A stretch of 64,000 nt of DNA from Flavobacteriia bacterium (GTDB taxonomy: Bacteria; Bacteroidota; Bacteroidia; Flavobacteriales; Flavobacteriaceae): the NCBI GenBank assembly GCA_013298525.1, contig JAAFHW010000004.1, forward strand, positions 479-64,478, read 5' to 3'. The position numbers and the translations under genes are program-made. Under the pieces are notes generated by a model. That model saw only the letters and a program-made list of their open reading frames with translations, was not told the origin of the DNA and searched no databases. Positions 37,537-45,639 of the stretch are shown here, in pieces. Every line of letters starts with the position of its first letter. Position 1 is the first letter of the stretch.

Positions 37537-38145
37537 CTACTTCCTTATAGAATCGTGCGCTTGACTCGAAATCCCATCATTCCACAACGTTAGAATATCG
37601 GTTGCTACTGCAGCGCCACTTCCTGCAGCGATTGCTAATTGACTTCTGTGTCCGGCAAGAGTTCCGGCTACATAAATTCCTTCAGTAACTTTCTGGTCAT
37701 CGTTTTTTAATTGGATGCGTTGTTTTTCAGCAATTGCTTTTTTGTGTGGTTCCACAAAGTGCATTAAACCTTCAATTGCAAACGTATTTGCTGAGCCAAT
37801 TCCAACAACAATATTTTTAGTTTTGTAGGAGTTTTTGTTTGTGATTACATTGAAATTTGGAGAATCACCTTCAATTTTTAAAACTTTTTCACCTTCAATT
37901 TGAGTAACATGAGGATATAAATCTTGAAGTTGTTCCAAACTTTCAGTTAAAAGTTCTGAGCCTAATTTTCCAGCAGGAATTCCGTAAGCATTATTGAATA
38001 AAGCTTCTTGTAAAGAAGATGTTTTTTGATGTGTAATAATTCCGATTTTTTTATCTTGAGCAAAGGCTTTTTTATGAGCCGAACCTAATAATAGTGCACA
38101 AGAAACTCCAGAAACGCCACCGCCAATTATTAAAACATCAAACAT
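37537..38145 (-). CDS. Small NAD(P)/FAD-dependent oxidoreductase
   Basis: N-terminal dinucleotide motif VLIIGGGVSGVSCA, 202 aa. Confidence 0.75.
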   Translation of the reverse strand: MFDVLIIGGGVSGVSCALLLGSAHKKAFAQDKKIGIITHQKTSSLQEALFNNAYGIPAGKLGSELLTESLEQLQDLYPHVTQIEGEKVLKIEGDSPNFNVITNKNSYKTKNIVVGIGSANTFAIEGLMHFVEPHKKAIAEKQRIQLKNDDQKVTEGIYVAGTLAGHRSQLAIAAGSGAAVATDILTLWNDGISSQAHDSIRK

Positions 38146-38149
38146 GAGT

Positions 38150-38350
38150 TTATTGATTTTTTAATTTTTCTTCAATTTTTTTAGACATTTTGAAGATAAG
38201 TAAAATTAAAACAGCGCAAAAAGCAGCAGCAATTCCAACTAAAGCAATCAAGCTATCTCCTTCAAATGGATTTTGAAAATCAAGCAAAGTAATGTTGAAA
38301 CCGATTAATCCAATTGCAACTAAAATCAATATAGTAGTAAAAATTTTCAT
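38150..38350 (-). CDS. Hypothetical small membrane protein (66 aa)
   Basis: Two hydrophobic segments, 4 nt from the downstream gene. Confidence 0.45.
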   Translation of the reverse strand: MKIFTTILILVAIGLIGFNITLLDFQNPFEGDSLIALVGIAAAFCAVLILLIFKMSKKIEEKLKNQ

Positions 38351-38386
38351 TGATAAATATTTGATACAAAAATAATAAAAATCAGA

Positions 38387-38965
38387 TTAAATGAATAATC
38401 CTTTAACATTAGCTGCAAATAATTTAACAGCAATAGCAAGAAGCACCACACCAAAGGTTTTTCTAATGACACCAAGTCCATTTTTACCCAATAATTTTTC
38501 AATTTTAGCAGAAGATTTTAAAACAGCATAAACCAAAATAATGTTTAATACTATTGCAATTATGATATTTATGGTTGCAAATTGTGAACGTAATGAAAGT
38601 AACGTAGTCATTGTTCCTGCACCAGCAATTAAAGGAAATGCTAATGGAACAATTGATGCAGAAGAATTAGCTTCTTCTTTATAAATTCGAATTCCGAGAA
38701 TCATTTCTAATGCTAAAAAGAACAATACAAACGAACCTGCAACAGCAAAAGAGTGAACATCAATTCCAATTAATTTTAATAATTCTTCTCCAACAAAAAG
38801 GAAGACAATCATTATGACGCCAGCAACAACCGAAGCTTTTTCTGATTCAATGTGACCAAATTTTTGACGTAATTCTACAATAATAGGAATCGTTCCTACA
38901 ATATCAATTACTGCAAAAAGCACCATTCCAATAGTTACAATCTCTTTAAAATCTAATCCAAACAT
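38387..38965 (-). CDS. MarC family (UPF0056) integral membrane protein
   Basis: Six TM segments and the N-terminal AVIDIVGTIPII pattern typical of MarC. Confidence 0.8.
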   Translation of the reverse strand: MFGLDFKEIVTIGMVLFAVIDIVGTIPIIVELRQKFGHIESEKASVVAGVIMIVFLFVGEELLKLIGIDVHSFAVAGSFVLFFLALEMILGIRIYKEEANSSASIVPLAFPLIAGAGTMTTLLSLRSQFATINIIIAIVLNIILVYAVLKSSAKIEKLLGKNGLGVIRKTFGVVLLAIAVKLFAANVKGLFI

Positions 38966-39137
38966 AATTCCTCATTTTTCAAAGTGCAAAACTACTGCTT
39001 TCCAAATTGTTAAAATCAAAACGATACGTTAATTTTAGGATATTTATTAAAACCATAAAATCATTTGTACCTTTGCCCAAAATTTTAGATAAGAGAAAAC
39101 ATCTAATACCTAAAATTTAATATCAAATATTTGACAT

Positions 39138-39710
39138 ATGTTTCAGTTAGGAAAAACGATAGTTTCGGAAGATATTTTAGAAAAGGATTTTGTTTGTAAT
39201 CTTTCTGCGTGCCATGGTGCATGTTGTGTAGATGGAGACGCAGGTGCGCCATTGAGTGAAGATGAAACTAAAATTTTAGAGGAAATTTATCCAAAAGTAA
39301 AACCATTTTTACGTAAAGAAGGAATTGAAGCTATTGAGAGACTGGGAACTTGGGTAAAAGGAACGGAGCAAGATTTAGAAACACCTTTAATTGATAATAA
39401 AGATTGTGCCTACGTAATTTTTGACGGTAAAACTGCTTTGTGTGGAATAGAACAAGCCTACAATCAAGGTGTTATTTCTTGGAAAAAACCTGTGTCGTGT
39501 CATTTATATCCAATTCGTGTAAAAGATTTTACTGAATTTGCAGCTGTAAATTATGATCGTTGGGATATTTGCGATGATGCTTGTTCGCTTGGAAAAGAAC
39601 TTCAAGTGCCCATTTACAAGTTTGTAAAAGAAGCTTTGATTAGAAAATTTGGAGAAGATTGGTACCAAGAACTAGAAAAAGTAGCCGAAGATTTAAAAAA
39701 TGGAAAATAA
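39138..39710 (+). CDS. Cys-rich protein, DUF3109-like
   Basis: [20 protein letters not shown] plus further conserved Cys residues. Family name is from memory. Confidence 0.65.
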   Translation: MFQLGKTIVSEDILEKDFVCNLSACHGACCVDGDAGAPLSEDETKILEEIYPKVKPFLRKEGIEAIERLGTWVKGTEQDLETPLIDNKDCAYVIFDGKTALCGIEQAYNQGVISWKKPVSCHLYPIRVKDFTEFAAVNYDRWDICDDACSLGKELQVPIYKFVKEALIRKFGEDWYQELEKVAEDLKNGK

Positions 39711-39713
39711 AAC

Positions 39714-39747
39714 AAAAATGCCTTGATATCAAGGCATTTTTGTTTTT
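39714..39747. terminator. Bidirectional terminator (serves the DUF3109-like gene and the tRNA)
   Basis: AAAATGCCTTGA-TA-TCAAGGCATTTT (39715-39740) followed by TGTTTTT; a short A-run continues upstream of the stem. Confidence 0.75.
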
Positions 39748-39751
39748 AAAG

Positions 39752-39825
39752 TGGAGAATACCGGAGTCGAACCGGTTACCTCTTGCCTGCCAGGCAAGCG
39801 CTCTAGCCAAATGAGCTAATCCCCC
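39752..39825 (-). tRNA. tRNA-Ala (anticodon GGC)
   Basis: I folded it by hand: acceptor GGGGGAT/ATTCTCC with the G3:U70 alanine identity pair, D arm GCTC/GAGC, anticodon stem CTTGC/GCAAG with loop CTGGCAG, T arm ACCGG-TTCGACT-CCGGT, discriminator A. No encoded CCA. Confidence 0.9.
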
Positions 39826-39830
39826 AAAAA

Positions 39831-40643
39831 TTAAAATGAAGTTGATAAAGATAAAGTAACTCCTGTACTTTGTGGCACAAATCTACAAACACCACCTGCA
39901 CAAACTAAGCCTCCTCTTTGACGTCCGTAGTTTAGAGCAATTCTTGTGCTCCCTTTTTTATATGAGCCACCAAGATTATAAAAATGAATCTTAAAAGCAT
40001 CAACACCTCTAGAAATCTGTTCTTCATTTATATCATAGCCATAATTGTACATATCATTTAAGTATACAGACCAATTAGCATTGTGATTGTATTCTATAGA
40101 TGATGAAAACCAATTTTTTCTATCAGTATCAGCCCACATATGTTCTAAACCAAAAGTTATAGATTTAGATTTACCAAATTTAACTGTTGATTCTGCTGCT
40201 ATAATATTGGTTTTAATCAGTAAATTAGCTGCTCCAGTAATGTATCTATTGTTATAGTATTGGTTAATGTACGAAAGACTTCCATTGACTTTAGAACTAA
40301 ACTTTTTAGAAATTTCGATATTATAATCAGAATAATATTTTTGTTTCGATGAGAAAAAATCTGTTTTGTAATTTGGTGCGTAGTTTCCAAATTGATCTTC
40401 AAAAGTGTAGGTACCACCTAAATTATACCAGTTTGAAAAATTCAAAGCGATTTTAGTACCATATTTTCCTCCAAATAAAGACCCTTTTTTGAAATCATAG
40501 AAAAAATCAACTTGACCTCCAATTTCTCCTGCTTTTGCAATACCATTAGTTGGGTCGATATTAACACCGCCTTGTGCTTGGTATACGTAAATATTTGATA
40601 GGTTAGAGTGATTTTGTTTTGTTAAACTAGGTAAAAAATTCAT
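39831..40643 (-). CDS. C-terminal part of an outer-membrane beta-barrel protein (DUF6029-like); no signal peptide
   Basis: Beta-strand-rich sequence ending ...LSLSTSF, with no N-terminal hydrophobic segment. Its ATG overlaps the stop of the upstream ORF (TAATG). See the frameshift finding. Confidence 0.6.
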   Translation of the reverse strand: MNFLPSLTKQNHSNLSNIYVYQAQGGVNIDPTNGIAKAGEIGGQVDFFYDFKKGSLFGGKYGTKIALNFSNWYNLGGTYTFEDQFGNYAPNYKTDFFSSKQKYYSDYNIEISKKFSSKVNGSLSYINQYYNNRYITGAANLLIKTNIIAAESTVKFGKSKSITFGLEHMWADTDRKNWFSSSIEYNHNANWSVYLNDMYNYGYDINEEQISRGVDAFKIHFYNLGGSYKKGSTRIALNYGRQRGGLVCAGGVCRFVPQSTGVTLSLSTSF

Positions 40644-41578
40644 TATTCTGTCGTTAAAAATAAACTAGTTCTTTCAATTCCAATAAATTGAGGTTCTCTT
40701 TCCGACAGAAAAGTAATGTTTTCTAATCTTCTTAAAGTGGTATCAAAGCCCAATCCTTTTTTAGAATAACCAAAATTTATTAAAGCAGCTGAACCTGGCT
40801 TTATGACGTCATTAGTGATTTTATTAGTTGCAACGATTAATAAGGCATCTTTTGATTTAATGTTGTATTCACCATTAATGTAAAAATTACTTTTGCTGAA
40901 ATTTATTCTACCAGAGTAAGCATTAGTTAATTCTGAGAAATTTGGTTTTGCAAAATAACTTTCTTCATATCTTCCAACATAACTTAAGCCAAAAGATAAC
41001 TCATATTTGGTGTTTTTTAACAATGAGCTTACATTAACATTTGAATCAAATCCAAAAACACTTCCTTTACTAACATCAAAACCAGTTCTTTGTTTTCCAT
41101 ACAATGCAGTTAGCGAAATATTATCATTTGGTCTAAAATTGATTTTCCCACCTCTAAGAGCATTATTTATTCCTAATGAACGATCTTCAAAACTTCTCAA
41201 TAATAATCCACTACCAAATTGCTCATAAAAGTGACCTAAAGTAGCATCAATTTTTTTCGTTTTATAATTTAAAAAATAAATTCCTAAATTGGTTTTGGTA
41301 AATTTAGGGTTATAATTCAATAATGCTTCTGAAGTATATGATTCTGCTTGAACTCCTGCTGTAAAGCTACCATAGTTATAATTTAAAGAAAGATAACTAT
41401 TAGAACGTAATGGTATAGAATCTTGTTCCAAATCCCTTTCTTTATCATTTAAGTACCATTGACCTGTAGATTCAAAAGAACCAGATAATAGACCTTTAAC
41501 AGGTGCTTTTTCTTTTTCTTGTGCTTGAAGTAGTGTTGAGAGAAATAAAGAAAATACGACTAATAAATAGTTTTTCAT
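40643..41578 (-). CDS. N-terminal part of the same outer-membrane beta-barrel protein (DUF6029-like), with signal peptide
   Basis: Signal peptide MKNYLLVVFSLFLSTLLQAQ and beta-strand pattern. The ORF ends 10 nt after a T5 run. Confidence 0.6.
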   Translation of the reverse strand: MKNYLLVVFSLFLSTLLQAQEKEKAPVKGLLSGSFESTGQWYLNDKERDLEQDSIPLRSNSYLSLNYNYGSFTAGVQAESYTSEALLNYNPKFTKTNLGIYFLNYKTKKIDATLGHFYEQFGSGLLLRSFEDRSLGINNALRGGKINFRPNDNISLTALYGKQRTGFDVSKGSVFGFDSNVNVSSLLKNTKYELSFGLSYVGRYEESYFAKPNFSELTNAYSGRINFSKSNFYINGEYNIKSKDALLIVATNKITNDVIKPGSAALINFGYSKKGLGFDTTLRRLENITFLSEREPQFIGIERTSLFLTTE

Positions 41579-41580
41579 GA

Positions 41581-42057
41581 CTATAAGCTTTTTAATTTTT
41601 CAAATAATTTGTCCTCATTTCCTGGAGTATGACCATTCTCAGTAAAGACAATTTTACCGTTTTTAATTACAATTAAATAAGGAATATTTGAAATACCTAA
41701 ACTTCTTTTAAACTCTTGATTTGTGTCTAGTAAAATAGTATAGTTCCAACCTTTTCCGTTTACCAAAGGCTTTACTCTTTTTTGAGTTCTAGAATCATCA
41801 GTCGAAACTGCAATTAATTCAACATTTAGATTTTTTTTCCAATCTTCATAGACCTCATTTATTGCATCTAATTCTTGAATACAAGGTGAACACCAAGTTG
41901 CCCAAAAAGAAAAAATGTATAATTTATCTTTTTCTAAAAAATCTGTTTGAATTGAAATGGTTTTACCATCAATACTTGTGGTCTTAATATTTGGAACATT
42001 TTGTTGGGAATAGCTCAAGAAGCCAAATAATAAAAGTAGTAAATGTAGTTTTCTCAT
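41581..42057 (-). CDS. Secreted TlpA-like thiol:disulfide oxidoreductase
   Basis: Signal peptide and active site WATWCSPC. Confidence 0.85.
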   Translation of the reverse strand: MRKLHLLLLLFGFLSYSQQNVPNIKTTSIDGKTISIQTDFLEKDKLYIFSFWATWCSPCIQELDAINEVYEDWKKNLNVELIAVSTDDSRTQKRVKPLVNGKGWNYTILLDTNQEFKRSLGISNIPYLIVIKNGKIVFTENGHTPGNEDKLFEKLKSL

Positions 42058-42159
42058 TTTTTCTTAATTTGTTGTGCAAATAAATAAAAATTAATGTATT
42101 GTTTTGTGTTTTTTTTTATTTATTTGCATATCTATTAAACAAACCAACAATTTTTATTT

Positions 42160-43002
42160 ATGAAGAATTTTAAATTTTTAAGTTTTCTTTTAGCTGCAAG
42201 TTTTTTTATTTCTTGTAGTAAAGATGATTCATCTGGCTCAGGATCTTCTCAACCACCTGCAGTAGATAATACACCAATTTCTGGTCAATTTCAAAAAAGA
42301 GTTTTGGTTGAGGATTATACAGGAGCATGGTGCGGATATTGCCCAAGAGTTGCTTATGGTATTGAGAAAGTATTAGAGCAATCTACAAAAGTTGTTCCTG
42401 TGGCTATTCATCAACAATCTGGTAGCGGATATGATCCTTATCATTTTGCAGGAGCTACCCCATTAAAAACACTAATCGATTTGCAAGGTTATCCAACAGG
42501 TAAATTAAACAGAATGCTAACTTGGAGTTATCCAGAAAATTCAAATATCAATCAAGTTAAGAATTTAGCTCTAAACAATGTTGGACTTGGACTTGCTTTG
42601 AATTCAACAGTTTCAGGAGGAAATATTAACCTTGATGTTAAAATTAAATTTGCTAAAGACTATACTAATTTAAAATTAGTAGTTTATGTTCTTGAAAATA
42701 ATTTGATTTACGATCAAGTAAATTACACAAGTTTTTATGGTGGAGGAAGTGTTATTTCTAATTTTGAGCATGACAATGTATTGAGATCTTGTTTAACAAA
42801 TATATTAGGTGATGCAATTACAGAGAGCACTACTAATGGACAAACTATAACTAAAAACTTTACGTTACCAATTCCTTCAAGTGTTTCTAATGCTGCAAAT
42901 TTAAGTTTTGTTGCTTTTGTAGTGGATGGAGCAGATAGTAAAGCTATCAATGTAAGAGGTGCTTTGCCAAACGAAAACCAATCATTTGAGGTTAATCCAT
43001 AA
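42160..43002 (+). CDS. Omp28-related lipoprotein with a CxxC motif
   Basis: Lipobox FFISCS. EDYTGAWCGYCPRV motif. Family name is from memory. Confidence 0.65.
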   Translation: MKNFKFLSFLLAASFFISCSKDDSSGSGSSQPPAVDNTPISGQFQKRVLVEDYTGAWCGYCPRVAYGIEKVLEQSTKVVPVAIHQQSGSGYDPYHFAGATPLKTLIDLQGYPTGKLNRMLTWSYPENSNINQVKNLALNNVGLGLALNSTVSGGNINLDVKIKFAKDYTNLKLVVYVLENNLIYDQVNYTSFYGGGSVISNFEHDNVLRSCLTNILGDAITESTTNGQTITKNFTLPIPSSVSNAANLSFVAFVVDGADSKAINVRGALPNENQSFEVNP

Positions 43003-43029
43003 AAAGGGAAATAATTATTAAATTTATAT

Positions 43030-43059
43030 AGGTCGCTCGAAAGGCGACCTTATTTTTTT
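43030..43059 (+). terminator. Rho-independent terminator
   Basis: AGGTCGC-TCGAAAG-GCGACCT followed by TATTTTTTT. Confidence 0.75.
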
Positions 43060-43093
43060 CAGTAAATTTGTGTAATAATTTAAAACATTTGAA

Positions 43094-43267
43094 ATGAAAT
43101 TTATTTCCTTAATTCAGCAAGTCAATATTGATGATAAAATCAAAAATGCACCAGATAATGGTTATTTAATTGGTGTATGGATTGGATATGTTTTACCATT
43201 CGTAGTGCTGATAGGACTTGCTTATTACATGTATTATCGTGCAAAAAACAGAAAAGACTTAGAGTAA
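43094..43267 (+). CDS. Possible small membrane protein (57 aa), not in the supplied ORF track
   Basis: ATG at 43094 to TAA at 43265-43267. Translation MKFISLIQQVNIDDKIKNAPDNGYLIGVWIGYVLPFVVLIGLAYYMYYRAKNRKDLE has one TM segment followed by basic residues. Confidence 0.35.
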   Translation: MKFISLIQQVNIDDKIKNAPDNGYLIGVWIGYVLPFVVLIGLAYYMYYRAKNRKDLE

Positions 43268-43274
43268 AATTCCT

Positions 43275-43282
43275 TAAATTTG
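43275..43282 (+). promoter_or_regulatory. Candidate -7 promoter box upstream of queD
   Basis: TAAATTTG lies 16 nt before the ATG at 43298. Confidence 0.3.
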
Positions 43283-43297
43283 CATTCTAAAATCTAA

Positions 43298-43753
43298 ATG
43301 ATGAGTAAAATCAGAATTACCAAACAGTTTTCTTTTGAAACAGGTCATGCGCTTTATGGCTACGATGGAAAATGTAAAAATGTTCATGGACACAGTTACA
43401 AACTTTCTGTAACCGTAATTGGAACACCAATATCCGATTCGAATAATGTAAAATTCGGAATGGTAATTGATTTTTCTGATTTAAAAAAAATTGTACGAGA
43501 AGAAATAGTTGATGTTTTTGATCATGCTACAGTTTTTAACAAGAATACACCACATGTTGAGTTAGCTGAAGAATTGAAAAATCGCGGTCATCATGTAATT
43601 TTAGTAAATTATCAACCTACAAGTGAAAATATGGTAATTGATTTTGCTAAGAAAATTCAAGACAGATTGCCAAATAATATTCAATTACATTCTTTAAAAT
43701 TACAAGAAACAGAAAGTTCGTTTGCCGAATGGTATGCTTCTGATAATATGTAA
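43298..43753 (+). CDS. queD: 6-carboxy-5,6,7,8-tetrahydropterin synthase
   Basis: Motif CKNVHGHSY and PTPS fold length (151 aa). Confidence 0.9.
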   Translation: MMSKIRITKQFSFETGHALYGYDGKCKNVHGHSYKLSVTVIGTPISDSNNVKFGMVIDFSDLKKIVREEIVDVFDHATVFNKNTPHVELAEELKNRGHHVILVNYQPTSENMVIDFAKKIQDRLPNNIQLHSLKLQETESSFAEWYASDNM

Positions 43754-43770
43754 TTTACTATTTTTACAAA

Positions 43771-44520
43771 ATGTCAAACAAAAAAATCTATTTCGCATCC
43801 GACCAACATTTTGGAGCTCCAACGCCCGAAGCTAGTTTTCCGCGTGAGCAAAAATTTGTAGCTTGGTTGGATGAAGTTAAAAAAGATGCCGAAGCTATTT
43901 TCTTACTTGGCGATTTGTTTGATTTTTGGTTTGAATATAAAACCGTTGTACCAAAAGGATTTATAAGAGTTCTTGGAAAATTAGCCGAAATTCGAGACAG
44001 TGGAATTCCGATTTACTTCTTCGTTGGAAATCACGATTTGTGGATGAATGATTATTTCCAAAAAGAACTAAATATTCCTGTTTATCACGATAATAAAGAG
44101 TTTACTTTCAACAATAAAACGTTTCTTATTGGTCATGGCGACGGAAAAGGTCCTGGAGATAAAGGTTACAAACGAATGAAGAAAGTATTTGTTCATCCAT
44201 TTTCAAAATGGTTGTACCGTTGGCTTCACCCAGATATCGGAATGAAATTAGCACAATATCTTTCTGTAAAAAACAAATTGATTTCAGGAGTTGAAGACGT
44301 AAAATACCTCGGAGAAGACAACGAATGGCTAATTTTATATGCTAAGAAAAAATTAGAAACCAAGCACTATAATTATCTAATTTTTGGTCACAGACATTTA
44401 CCAATGACTTTAAAAATTGGAGAAAATTCAGAATACGTAAATCTTGGCGATTGGATTGGTTACTTTACCTATGGAGTTTTTGACGGAGAAAATTTTGAAC
44501 TTAAGACTTATGGAAACTAA
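43771..44520 (+). CDS. lpxH: UDP-2,3-diacylglucosamine diphosphatase
   Basis: Metallophosphoesterase motifs SDQHFG, GDLFDFWFEY, GNHD and GHGD. Confidence 0.88.
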   Translation: MSNKKIYFASDQHFGAPTPEASFPREQKFVAWLDEVKKDAEAIFLLGDLFDFWFEYKTVVPKGFIRVLGKLAEIRDSGIPIYFFVGNHDLWMNDYFQKELNIPVYHDNKEFTFNNKTFLIGHGDGKGPGDKGYKRMKKVFVHPFSKWLYRWLHPDIGMKLAQYLSVKNKLISGVEDVKYLGEDNEWLILYAKKKLETKHYNYLIFGHRHLPMTLKIGENSEYVNLGDWIGYFTYGVFDGENFELKTYGN

Positions 44521-44902
44521 TAATCATAACTATAAGATTATTTTTATATTATTAGTTCAGATAGTAGTAATTTCATGTGCGAAAAATTATACTCAATTAG
44601 GTGTTGAGGGAAAATCACCTCAAAATAAAATTCATTACGAGAACTTTTTTGTCACATTTCATGTCAGAGATTCACATACTTTTTTAAATCTTGTTGATGT
44701 AACTATTATTCTAAATAAAAATAAAGAATTTATTTCGAATAAAAATGGTGAGTTCAAATATTACGCAAAAAAAGGTGATATTTTGGTTTTTAAAATGAAA
44801 GGATATGAAACTCATGAAGTAACTATTGAAAATGATCAATATATAAATTATCTGATAGTTATAGACCTAAAAAAAATTCCAACAATTAGAAACGTTCCAT
44901 AA
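44510..44902 (+). CDS. Hypothetical lipoprotein with a carboxypeptidase-regulatory-like fold
   Basis: ATG at 44510 gives METNNHNYKIIFILLVQIVVISC (lipobox). It overlaps the lpxH end by 11 nt. Confidence 0.5.
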   Translation: METNNHNYKIIFILLVQIVVISCAKNYTQLGVEGKSPQNKIHYENFFVTFHVRDSHTFLNLVDVTIILNKNKEFISNKNGEFKYYAKKGDILVFKMKGYETHEVTIENDQYINYLIVIDLKKIPTIRNVP

Positions 44903-44919
44903 AATGTATTTTGAAAAAT

Positions 44920-45579
44920 TTACCTAAGTAAATAATCTAAAGTTACAGCATCTAGTTTTCCATCTGGGAATAAACCATTTTTTTGTTCAAATGCACCTAA
45001 TGCTTCAATAGTAGTTTGTTTAAAAAGTCCATCAACAGGAATGTTATAACCTTTTTTAACCAAAATCTTTTGCAATTCATATACGAAAGAACTGAAATCG
45101 CCAACCTTCAAACTATACTTTTCTGGATTGCTTTTAAAAGTTTCCATCAAGAATTTTCTTTTGATGAATTCATTGTAATCTTTTGCTTTATAGCCACTTT
45201 CTTCAAAGGCAATTACGTCTTTATCATTCAATCCTTCACTTTTCATTTTGGCCGATTGTACTAACTTTTCTTCATATAATTTAACGATTCCCAACTTTTT
45301 AGTGTAACCAGAAACAACCGCTTTTGTATCGTCATCGTTATCTTCTGGATTTCTAACATCTACATCATCATTTGCCCAAGCCATTCTTACATAACTGTTG
45401 GCTTCTTCTATAGCTTGATAATAGTTTTGCAAAGTAGTAGCGTCATAATAGTTTAAATCAATCTTTTGGTTACTAACATAATCGCTTCCTGGCGAATGAA
45501 AACGTTGGTAATTACTATATAAATTATAGCCCAAAATTAATACGATTACTGCTAAAAGTACGATGATAATCTGTTTCAT
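44920..45579 (-). CDS. Membrane-anchored protein with a C-terminal peptidoglycan-binding domain
   Basis: N-terminal TM segment. C-terminus LQKILVKKGYNIPVDGLFKQTTIEALGAFEQKNGLFPDGKLD fits the PG_binding_1 pattern. Confidence 0.65.
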   Translation of the reverse strand: MKQIIIVLLAVIVLILGYNLYSNYQRFHSPGSDYVSNQKIDLNYYDATTLQNYYQAIEEANSYVRMAWANDDVDVRNPEDNDDDTKAVVSGYTKKLGIVKLYEEKLVQSAKMKSEGLNDKDVIAFEESGYKAKDYNEFIKRKFLMETFKSNPEKYSLKVGDFSSFVYELQKILVKKGYNIPVDGLFKQTTIEALGAFEQKNGLFPDGKLDAVTLDYLLR

Positions 45580-45639
45580 AATAAGTAGAGGTTATTTTGT
45601 AGACAAAAATAGACAAAATTCACGATACAATTTATAGTA

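Noticed and set aside
39714-39830. tRNA-Ala as an integration site of a genomic island
   Set aside because: There is no integrase, no phage or conjugation genes on either side, and I saw no direct repeat of the tRNA 3' end.
44444-44509. N-terminal extension of the 152-aa ORF overlapping lpxH
   Set aside because: The extension overlaps the lpxH 3' end by 77 nt. The internal ATG at 44510 yields a proper lipoprotein signal peptide.
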